Positions 17,848 through 25,377 of a stretch of 26,087 nt of DNA are shown here, in pieces. Position 1 is the stretch's first letter. Each line of letters opens with the position of its first letter. The position numbers were made by a program, and so were the translations under genes. Source of the stretch: Chloroflexota bacterium (GTDB taxonomy: Bacteria; Chloroflexota; Dehalococcoidia; GIF9; UBA5629); assembly GCA_026389675.1 (NCBI GenBank), contig JAPLHJ010000188.1, positions 1 through 26,087 on the forward strand, written 5' to 3'. A model generated the notes under the pieces. The model did no database searches. It was not told the DNA's origin and saw only the letters and a program-made list of their open reading frames with translations.

Positions 17848-18126
17848 ATGGTTGTTGCTTCATGGGTCAAGGCTTCGACCCAAATGCTTTTATTTTGGAT
17901 TGGCAGTATTTACAGTTTGTTGGCTCAGCTACAATATAACTCATATTACATACACTCTAATTTCATCACACACACATTTTGCTACGATCAACTGTGGTAT
18001 ACTGGTATTAAGTCGTATAGAGAGGTTGGAATTATGGAAACGAATGTAATTTGTTGTGGCATCGTTAAGCGGTATATTGTCCTTAGTAATCAATATACGG
18101 AATATAGATAGTGGGGGTTAACAAAA

Positions 18127-18546
18127 ATGGAAAACGTGAAAAAAGTATTGGATATTTTAAACCAGGCATTACGGTTGGAATACTCACTAATAATCCATTA
18201 CCCGCGTATTAATATGGCTGTACATGACAATGACATCAAAAGTATGGTTAACACTCTGGGCGTAATGTCTATCAAGCATGCCGATGTAGTTTCCGATGCC
18301 ATTATATCTTTAGGTGGAACTCCAGAATGGTCTTTTGACCCTGCACCAGAAGAAATTGACCTTAAAAATATATTCCATATACAGCTCGGAAAGGAGAAGC
18401 TCGCCCTGCAATTGCACAGTGAAAGCTCAAAACTGATCTCAGATAAGGAACTTAAAACGCAGTTTGAGATATTAGCAAAGCAAGAAGAAGGGCACATCAA
18501 AATTGTTGAAAACATCCTTTCCCGTTTGAACCAGTCGGCTATATGA
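18127..18546 (+). CDS. Ferritin-like (bacterioferritin/rubrerythrin-fold) four-helix protein
   Basis: E18 (ALRLEY), S48-x-x-H51, LGGTP, E90 and E120-x-x-H123 follow ferritin-like spacing; 139 aa. Confidence 0.75.
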   Translation: MENVKKVLDILNQALRLEYSLIIHYPRINMAVHDNDIKSMVNTLGVMSIKHADVVSDAIISLGGTPEWSFDPAPEEIDLKNIFHIQLGKEKLALQLHSESSKLISDKELKTQFEILAKQEEGHIKIVENILSRLNQSAI

Positions 18547-18654
18547 CATCTAAAATGAGATACTTGTTGTCAAGGGATACTCGTTATTTTATCGATACCA
18601 AGGCAATTTTTCAGTTACTTAAATCACCTCAAATTTAATATAGGATGAGAAATA

Positions 18655-18921
18655 ATGGATAGAACTAAGAAATATCTGATGCTTGCAAGGGTATTGGATT
18701 GGATTGGGAATATCTGGTTGATTCTTGCTTGTCTATTTATTCTTATCGGCTATATCGCTATAGTGGTTACGCAAGGATGGGGTAGATTATGGGATACAAT
18801 CAGCCTGTATAATTTTTGGAATTTTGTTGCTGTTGTTGGTACTCTTTTGCCAGGAATATTGCTAAAAATTGTTGCCAAAGGGACTAAAGATAAATACTCA
18901 GTTTCGGATAAGCAAATCTAA
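18655..18921 (+). CDS. Small two-TM hypothetical membrane protein
   Basis: 88 aa with two hydrophobic stretches and basic termini. RBS-like AGGATGAG upstream. Confidence 0.55.
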   Translation: MDRTKKYLMLARVLDWIGNIWLILACLFILIGYIAIVVTQGWGRLWDTISLYNFWNFVAVVGTLLPGILLKIVAKGTKDKYSVSDKQI

Positions 18922-19056
18922 CTTTCTATCGTCACGGCATAATTACGTTAAGTAAATAAGAGCAACCCAATCGTAGAGGTATTTTGTCCCAACCCTTCTA
19001 AGCCATGCACTTAACTCAGACAAGGAAAGCCCCCTCATCTGGAGTTTGCCTAACAA

Positions 19057-19088
19057 GAGTTGACAGAACCCGCTACCGAGGGGGCTTT
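19057..19088 (-). repeat. Right 32-bp inverted repeat
   Basis: Reverse complement AAAGCCCCCTCGGTAGCGGGTTCTGTCAACTC. A further partial copy AAAGCCCCCTC lies at 19026-19036. Confidence 0.9.
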
Positions 19089-19099
19089 GGATATCAGGA

Positions 19100-19807
19100 C
19101 TACTTCTTTTCGGATCTCTCGGGCCTCTCAGGTCTCTCGGCTTTCTCAGGTTTTTCAGCGTTCTCCGCGGCTTCCCCTTCCAGCTTCTCTCCTTCCACGG
19201 CCTCCTCGCCTTCGGCAGCAACTTCAGCCGGAACCTCTTCGACCACCTTGCGGACTTCAGCGACCTTGATAAGCATCTGGTCAGGGTCGGCAAGGATGGT
19301 GATTTTATCGCTGACCTTGAGGTCTTTTACATGAAGTGATTGCTCGGGCAGCGCCAGGCTGGAGATGTCTACCTCGATGCTGTGGGGCAGGTCGTCGGGC
19401 AGGGCTTCAATCTGCAATGCAGTCATGGCATGCAGCAGTGATACGTTTTTGAGCTTCAGCGCCGGCGCGTCGCCGATGAATACCAGCGGCACCTCTGCCT
19501 TGAGCTTCTCGGCCATGTTCACCTGGTAAAAATCCACGTGTGTGGGCTCGCCTGTCATGATGTTGCGCTGCACGCCGCGTATGATCACCATGCTGGGTGA
19601 GGCTGAATCGGACGTTTTAATCGAGATAAGATCAGTGCCGCCCGCCTTTGTCAGTACCTGGGTGAGTTTGCGTACATCTACCTGTACAGGCTGCGATTCG
19701 ATGCCGTGACCATAGATGTTGCAGGGTATCAGTCCGCCCCTGCGCAGGAAACGTACTTTCTTTCCGGTTATTTCCCTCTTTAATACTTCAAGTTCAAGTC
19801 TTTTCAT
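19100..19807 (-). CDS. rplY: 50S ribosomal protein L25 / general stress protein Ctc (long form)
   Basis: GKKVRFLRRGGLIPCNIYG, HVDFYQV, VPLVFIG.APA and IEVDISSL motifs; acidic/charged tail. Confidence 0.93.
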   Translation of the reverse strand: MKRLELEVLKREITGKKVRFLRRGGLIPCNIYGHGIESQPVQVDVRKLTQVLTKAGGTDLISIKTSDSASPSMVIIRGVQRNIMTGEPTHVDFYQVNMAEKLKAEVPLVFIGDAPALKLKNVSLLHAMTALQIEALPDDLPHSIEVDISSLALPEQSLHVKDLKVSDKITILADPDQMLIKVAEVRKVVEEVPAEVAAEGEEAVEGEKLEGEAAENAEKPEKAERPERPERSEKK

Positions 19808-19864
19808 CGCCTTTCTCCAGAATTAGTAACAAAACATAAAGATTATCGGGTTTGAACCTGAAAG

Positions 19865-21706
19865 TCAAATTTCGGGTTTAAAATTTCGTTTTTGCGCCCT
19901 GGCGCGGCATGAAGCCTGGCTGCCCTGCAGGCCGCAGAGGTTGCAATCCTCCAGCCGGCAGTCGTGAGTCAGGCGGCCGGAAAGCATATTCTGCTTCTCA
20001 GCTTTAAGGAAGGCACTGCTCACGCCCGAACTGATGTGGCTCCAGGGCAATACTTCCCCTGTGTCGCGCTCACGATGCGCGTAGAAGGCGGGGTCAATGC
20101 CGCATTCAGCGAAGGCCTGCTGCCACCTGGTGAAATCGAAGAACTCGTTCCAGGTATCCAAGCGGCAGCCTTTCTTCCATGCGGTGTAGATAACCGCACC
20201 CAGGCGCCTGTCGCCGCGCGCCAGGACGGCTTCCAGAAAGCTGATTTTTGGATCGTGCCAGGATAGCTGAACACCACTGCGGCGCAACTGGTTATGCAGC
20301 AGGGCGTGCTTTTCGTTGAGCGTCTCCTCTTTATCCTGCGCCGACCATTGACAGGGTGTATGGGGCTTGGGCACGAAGGATGAGACTGATACGCGCACAC
20401 GGGGCGGCTTGCTGCGGATGGATTTGCCCAGCCGGCTGACTGAGTCTATAAGGCTGGCGATATCCCGCACATCATCCATGGTCTCAGTGGGCAGGCCTAC
20501 CATAAAATAAAGCTTGAGGTTCATCCAGTCTTTTTCAAAAGCGGCGGCGAACGTTTCCATCATGTCCTGCTGGGGCATCCATTTATTGACGGCCGCCCTC
20601 AATCGTTCACTGCCGGCCTCAGGAGCAAAGGTCAGCGTGGCCTTGCGCCCGGATGGCAGGGAGCCCATCAGCTCGATGGATGATTTATCCAGGCGCAGGC
20701 TCGGAAGTGAGAGGGAAAGGCCCCGGCGGGCGTATTTGCCGGCCAGGCTGGCGACCAGGTGGTTTATGCTGCTGTAATCTCCTGAACTGAGGGAGACGAG
20801 AGCCAGGGTATTATAGCCGCAGTTATCTACCAGGCAGCCGGCAGCTTTAATCACCTGCTCTTCGGGCAGTTCACGGACAGGACGATACAGGGTCCCGGCC
20901 TGGCAGAAGCGGCAGCCCCGGGTGCAGCCGCGCTGTATCTCGACGGCGGCGCGGTCATGGATAACCTCGATATAGGGTACGACCGGCCTGACAACAGGCT
21001 TGAGCCGCTCCGCTATGACCCGCTCGATTGTGTCCGGCGCATTGCCATCGGCAGGAGGTGGGGCTGCCAGCGTGTTGTCCGCCAGGTAAGCAGGAGAGTA
21101 GAAACGCGGAATATAAAAGCCGGGCAGGCGAGCAAGCCTGCGCAGCAACTCCCGGCGCTCCTTTTTGCAGGACTGCATGGTTTGGGCGAGCCCGGCTATC
21201 GCTTCTTCCGCTTCGCCGGCGAAGAAAACGTCTATGAAGTCGGATAGAGGTTCGGGGTTCATGGCGCAGCTTCCGCCCGCCATAACCAGGGGGTAAGAGC
21301 CGTCGCGGTCCCGGCTGAAAACGGGTATGCCCGCCAGGTCGAGCATGTTAAGTACCGTGGTGCAGCTTAATTCATAGCCAAGCGAGAAGCCGATGATATC
21401 GAAATGGCGCAGCGGGCGGCGGGTCTCGAGTGTGAATAAAGGAAGGTTGTTGCGGCGCAACTGCTCTTCCATGTCAGGCCAGGGCGTGTAGGTACGCTCG
21501 GCCAGCACGCCCGGCAGGGAATTTAGCTGCTCGTAGAGTATAGGTATGGCCATATTGGACATGCCCACCTCGTAGATATCGGGGAAGGCCAGCGCAACGC
21601 GTAGCGAGGCCGCTTCCCAGTCTTTCGGCAACGAATTCCACTCACCCCCGGTGTACCTGGCCGGCTTCACCACGTTATGAAATAAGGTATCGTCAATCTT
21701 AAGCAT
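19865..21706 (-). CDS. Radical SAM protein of the TIGR03960-like family (B12-binding-like N-terminus)
   Basis: VVKPARYTGGEWN, FPDIYEVGMSN, EIQRGCTRGCRFCQAG (CxxxCxxC), APEAGSERLR, FVPKPHTP, C-terminal C..CG. Confidence 0.88.
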   Translation of the reverse strand: MLKIDDTLFHNVVKPARYTGGEWNSLPKDWEAASLRVALAFPDIYEVGMSNMAIPILYEQLNSLPGVLAERTYTPWPDMEEQLRRNNLPLFTLETRRPLRHFDIIGFSLGYELSCTTVLNMLDLAGIPVFSRDRDGSYPLVMAGGSCAMNPEPLSDFIDVFFAGEAEEAIAGLAQTMQSCKKERRELLRRLARLPGFYIPRFYSPAYLADNTLAAPPPADGNAPDTIERVIAERLKPVVRPVVPYIEVIHDRAAVEIQRGCTRGCRFCQAGTLYRPVRELPEEQVIKAAGCLVDNCGYNTLALVSLSSGDYSSINHLVASLAGKYARRGLSLSLPSLRLDKSSIELMGSLPSGRKATLTFAPEAGSERLRAAVNKWMPQQDMMETFAAAFEKDWMNLKLYFMVGLPTETMDDVRDIASLIDSVSRLGKSIRSKPPRVRVSVSSFVPKPHTPCQWSAQDKEETLNEKHALLHNQLRRSGVQLSWHDPKISFLEAVLARGDRRLGAVIYTAWKKGCRLDTWNEFFDFTRWQQAFAECGIDPAFYAHRERDTGEVLPWSHISSGVSSAFLKAEKQNMLSGRLTHDCRLEDCNLCGLQGSQASCRARAQKRNFKPEI

Positions 21707-21753
21707 ACCGGTTTAACCTTGACTTTAATTATCGCATGATTTGCCGGAAAGCG

Positions 21754-21783
21754 TTGACACTCCATAGCTGAAAAGAGTATAAA
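21754..21783 (+). promoter_or_regulatory. Candidate sigma70 promoter for the PAS/GAF gene
   Basis: TTGACA (21754-21759), 18-nt spacer, TATAAA (21778-21783). Confidence 0.55.
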
Positions 21784-21958
21784 TAGCTGTTCATGCATAG
21801 CGGGTGAACCGTGCAGGGTAAGCTGAATTACGTAAACATGGTGAGGAAAAAAAACGAGAAATAACGGGCAGCAGGCCAGCCTTGCAGGTATCGGTGCAAA
21901 GCCTGTATTAAGGAAAAGCAGGGCAAAGCAGGGATATGGAGCCGGGGGGAAACCGCAG

Positions 21959-24205
21959 ATGGAAGCGCAACATGCCAGTGAACTGCTCGGCAGTTTAAGT
22001 TCAGGCGTCTGCATATTCGACCGGTACGGCGTTATTACCTACTGTAACACGCGTTTCGCCGAACTGGCGGGGCGAACTGTAAGAAAGCTGGTGGGCAGGA
22101 AGCTGCGGAAAAACACATTATGGGGATCGTGGGGGCAGAAGGATGAATTCAGGGAGCTGTTCGCCCGAGCTAAAGAATCGCGGCAGGCGGTGACCATGCG
22201 GGCGATGCCGGTAGACAAAGGGGGGACACGCTACTGGAACCTGGAGCTCAGGCCATATATTTCACGCAGGAAAAAATATGGGGGAATGAGCCTGATGGTC
22301 GAGGATGTAACGCAGTTATTCGAGAAGGAAAATGCAGTTGAATTGCTGCGCCGCTATTATGCGGCCGCGCTTCTGCAGACTTCTCCGCAGGAGCTTCTGG
22401 ATGAATCGGTCGGGTTGATCCGCGAATTCAGCGGTTGCCCATCGGTCCAAATCCTCGTACTTGACCGCTATAAGGGCAGCGTGATGAAAGCTGTCAGCGG
22501 ACATAGCCCGGGGCTTTGGGACAGCGGGCATACTGTGACACAGGCTTTCATAGAGAGCCTTTTCGTCCTTCCGGAAAAGGGACCGGACGTGTATAGCAAA
22601 GACAATGGCTCCGTATACCTGGCAGACGTCAGCGCTCTGGAAAGCGGACTTAGCGGCAATTTGAAGGAACTGGTTGCCGGCGCCTGTAACTCTTACGGGT
22701 TTAATTCAATTGCTCTTATACCGGTCCGGATGGAAGGGCGGGAAGCCGGATACATCCAGCTTGCCAGTAACCGCGTAAACGGAGTTACGAGAGAAACCGT
22801 AGAGGCCGTAGAAAGAATCGCCGGGCACTTGCAGGTGATATTGGAGCATGCCGGGCTTAAGGATGAATTGAGCAGGCAACGGCAGAATCTGCTCAAGCAG
22901 GTCTACGAAAGGTCAGCCCACCTCGAATCGCTGGGTGAGAGACTCAAGCAGGAAGTGGCCGAACGTAAAAAGGCACAGGAAGAAATGCGGGTGCAGAGGG
23001 ACCTGGCCATTTCGCTCAACGGCATCGAGTCTATGGATGAAGCCTTGAACCTGTGCCTCGAAACGGCCATCACGGTATCGGGCATGGACAGCGGCGGCAT
23101 CTATATAGCGGACCCGGTTGCGGGAGGATTTAAACTGGTCTGCGCAAGGGGGTTAAGCGAAGATTTCGTAAAGTTGGTTTCCTATCACAGCGCTGCTGAA
23201 ACCAGCGGTAAATCGGTGATGGAGGGCAAAAGCATTTTCGGCAGGTACGGCGAACTGGATAAGACATTAGACGAAGTGCGCGGGAAAGAAGGCCTTAAAG
23301 GCATTGGCATCGTACCGATAATTCACGGCGGTAAGACCGTGGCTTGCCTCAACATCGCCTCCCATGTTTTTGAGGAGATACCGGTTACCGCGCGTGATGC
23401 CATTGAGGTTATCTGTGCGGTGCTGGGCACTTTTATAGCACATGTCGGCGGCAGGGAGGAATTGATTGAGAGCGAGGAACGCTACCGTACGCTGTTTGCC
23501 AGGACCTCCAATCCAATTATGGTCATCGACAGCGAAGGCAATTATATAGACGGCAATGATGCCGCCCTGGCCTTCCTTGAGTGCACGAGGGAAGAGTTAC
23601 TGGCAATGAACGTGCGGGACACGCTGCCTCCTTACTTAGATGACGGGTGGTTTGAGCGCCTTCGCAAAATATGGGAGTCGGGAGGCACGGTCGAGCGGGA
23701 TTATTACGTCTGGGGCAAGATAAAGGTGCTGGAACTGACCGTTATCCCTTTGCAGGTAGCAGGCCGCAAGATAATCTCCGGCATCGGCAGGGATATCACT
23801 GAACGGAAAATAGCGGAGGCCGCCCTCCGGGAATCGGAGGAGAAATACCGGTCACTCATTGAAAGTGCGGGAGAAGCAATCTTCATCATACAGGACGCGA
23901 AGATAAAGTTTGCCAATAAACGGAGCTTTAAACTGCTCCAATATACGCCCGATGAGCTTGCCGAAAGGCCTTTCAGCGAATTCGTCTACCCGCCGGACCT
24001 GGACAAGGTAATGGAGTGTTACGAGTCAAGGCTCGGCGGTCAAAGCGTAGAACCCGCATATTCTTTCAGGTTTGTAGAAGGGGACGGATCGGTAAAACGG
24101 GTAGAGATACGGGCAATACCTGTTCTGTGGGACAACAGGCCGGCTACACTTGCATTGCTGACGGATATCGGCGGTGGGGAAAGTCATGTTGTTGACAGAG
24201 ATTGA
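21959..24205 (+). CDS. Cytoplasmic multi-sensor protein PAS-GAF-coil-GAF-PAS-PAS, no recognisable output domain
   Basis: PAS signatures (GVCIFDRYGVITYCN; ESEERYRTLF...IMVIDSEGNYIDGN; DITERKIAEAALRESEEKYRSLIE) and GAF signatures (SIALIPVRMEG...G.IQL; GIGIVPIIHGG..VACLNI). The protein ends 11 residues after the last PAS DI. Confidence 0.85.
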   Translation: MEAQHASELLGSLSSGVCIFDRYGVITYCNTRFAELAGRTVRKLVGRKLRKNTLWGSWGQKDEFRELFARAKESRQAVTMRAMPVDKGGTRYWNLELRPYISRRKKYGGMSLMVEDVTQLFEKENAVELLRRYYAAALLQTSPQELLDESVGLIREFSGCPSVQILVLDRYKGSVMKAVSGHSPGLWDSGHTVTQAFIESLFVLPEKGPDVYSKDNGSVYLADVSALESGLSGNLKELVAGACNSYGFNSIALIPVRMEGREAGYIQLASNRVNGVTRETVEAVERIAGHLQVILEHAGLKDELSRQRQNLLKQVYERSAHLESLGERLKQEVAERKKAQEEMRVQRDLAISLNGIESMDEALNLCLETAITVSGMDSGGIYIADPVAGGFKLVCARGLSEDFVKLVSYHSAAETSGKSVMEGKSIFGRYGELDKTLDEVRGKEGLKGIGIVPIIHGGKTVACLNIASHVFEEIPVTARDAIEVICAVLGTFIAHVGGREELIESEERYRTLFARTSNPIMVIDSEGNYIDGNDAALAFLECTREELLAMNVRDTLPPYLDDGWFERLRKIWESGGTVERDYYVWGKIKVLELTVIPLQVAGRKIISGIGRDITERKIAEAALRESEEKYRSLIESAGEAIFIIQDAKIKFANKRSFKLLQYTPDELAERPFSEFVYPPDLDKVMECYESRLGGQSVEPAYSFRFVEGDGSVKRVEIRAIPVLWDNRPATLALLTDIGGGESHVVDRD

Positions 24206-24230
24206 ATAGATGTGATAATATTTCCATTTG

Positions 24231-24259
24231 TTGCAAACTTGCGCTAATATTAGTACGTT
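24231..24259 (+). promoter_or_regulatory. Candidate sigma70 promoter of the str operon
   Basis: TTGCAA (24231-24236), 17-nt spacer, TACGTT (24254-24259). Confidence 0.5.
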
Positions 24260-24292
24260 TAGCGCAGGCTATGCATTACCTGGATAGTTAAT

Positions 24293-24361
24293 AAGCCGGC
24301 TGGTTGACCCGGGATGTGTGCCAGATCGGGAAGTAGTCCGGGGACAACTTAGCGGCTTTTT
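24293..24361 (+). promoter_or_regulatory. Structured 5' leader hairpin upstream of rpsL
   Basis: Nested pairings AAGCCG/CGGCTT, CTG/TAG, GTTG/CAAC and CCCGG/CCGGG, followed by a T-run. Confidence 0.45.
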
Positions 24362-24406
24362 AATTTGCCGAAAATTTGATAATAAAAATATGAGGAAGAG
24401 ATTAGT

Positions 24407-24844
24407 ATGCCGACAGTAAACCAGCTGGTCAGAAAAGGCCGCCGCAAGGTGGGCCGGAAGACCAAGTCTCCGGCGTTGCAGGTAATATACAATACGCTGA
24501 AAAACAAGTCGCGCAAAGGTGTATGTTCACCCCAGAAGCGCGGGGTCTGTGTGCAGGTTAAAACCATGACCCCCAAAAAGCCGAACTCGGCGCTGCGTAA
24601 AATAGCCCGCGTAAGGCTGACCAACCACATCGAGGTCACGGCATATATCCCGGGCGAAGGGCATAATCTCCAGGAACACTCGGTCGTACTCATCCGCGGC
24701 GGCAGGGTAAAAGACCTGCCGGGCGTTCGCTACCATATTATCCGCGGCACGCTTGATGCTGCGGGTGTCGACAAGCGCAGGCAGGGACGCAGCAAATACG
24801 GCGCCAAGGCGCCCAAGAAAACTGCTGTGGCCAGCACAGTTTAA
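24407..24844 (+). CDS. rpsL: 30S ribosomal protein S12 (long form with N-terminal insert)
   Basis: [23 protein letters not shown] and [13 protein letters not shown] motifs. Confidence 0.99.
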   Translation: MPTVNQLVRKGRRKVGRKTKSPALQVIYNTLKNKSRKGVCSPQKRGVCVQVKTMTPKKPNSALRKIARVRLTNHIEVTAYIPGEGHNLQEHSVVLIRGGRVKDLPGVRYHIIRGTLDAAGVDKRRQGRSKYGAKAPKKTAVASTV

Positions 24845-24856
24845 CGGGGAGATAAT

Positions 24857-25327
24857 ATGTCAAGGCGAGCCAAATTTGTTAACAAGGAAGTCAGCCCGGA
24901 CCCGAAATACGGGAGCGCGGTGGTTGCCAGGTTTATCAATAAGATAATGTATAAGGGCAAGAAATCGACGGCCCAGGGCATTGTTTACGATGCCTTTGAG
25001 CGCATAACCAAACAGATGAAGACGGAACCCCTCCAAATTTTTGAGCAGGCTATGAAAAATGCCACCCCCATGCTGCAGGTCAAATCGAGGCGCGTGGGCG
25101 GTGCTACTTACCAGGTGCCCATTGAGGTCAGCCCTGAACGCGGCGAGTTCCTGGCGACCAAGTGGATCATTACTTATGCAAGGGACCGCAGCGGCAGGTC
25201 GATGGCTGAAAGGCTGGCCGCAGAATTGATGGATGCTGCCCAGGGGCAGGGCAATACCATTAAAAAGAGACAGGATACCCATAAGATGGCTGAGGCCAAC
25301 AAGGCGTTTGCACACTACAGATGGTAA
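24857..25327 (+). CDS. rpsG: 30S ribosomal protein S7
   Basis: [28 protein letters not shown] and [15 protein letters not shown] motifs. Confidence 0.99.
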   Translation: MSRRAKFVNKEVSPDPKYGSAVVARFINKIMYKGKKSTAQGIVYDAFERITKQMKTEPLQIFEQAMKNATPMLQVKSRRVGGATYQVPIEVSPERGEFLATKWIITYARDRSGRSMAERLAAELMDAAQGQGNTIKKRQDTHKMAEANKAFAHYRW

Positions 25328-25377
25328 CAACTGGAATAAAGGAATCCCGGCCAAAATCAGGCCAGGCTGTTAATAAA

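Larger units (their letters stand above)
17816..19088. mobile_element. Putative non-autonomous, IR-bounded AT-rich cassette (no transposase)
   Basis: Bounded by 32-bp inverted repeats. Two 60-nt lines inside counted by hand gave 35% and 38% GC, versus 65% for a gyrA line. Carries two intact small ORFs and a probable remnant. Confidence 0.55.

Noticed and set aside
18915-19063. Integron attC interpretation of the AT-rich cassette (ATCTAAC...GTTAAGT; GCCTAAC)
   Set aside because: The RYYYAAC-GTTRRRY pair spans only 37 nt, shorter than known attC sites. No L boxes, second site or integrase is evident.
19100-19170. Short tandem repeats at the rplY 3' end (EKPEKAERPERPERSEKK)
   Set aside because: Low-complexity charged tail typical of long-form L25; not a CRISPR or a separate element.
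21707-21958. Cobalamin or SAM riboswitch upstream of the radical SAM gene
   Set aside because: No B12-box or SAM-riboswitch core motifs visible on either strand.
21838-21958. A8 tract (21847-21854) whose shortening by one base would fuse ATG 21838 to the PAS/GAF ORF (possible phase variation)
   Set aside because: ATG 21959 has its own plausible purine-rich RBS and ATG 21838 does not. The 40-aa extension has no domain features. Read-level length variation would be needed to revive this idea.
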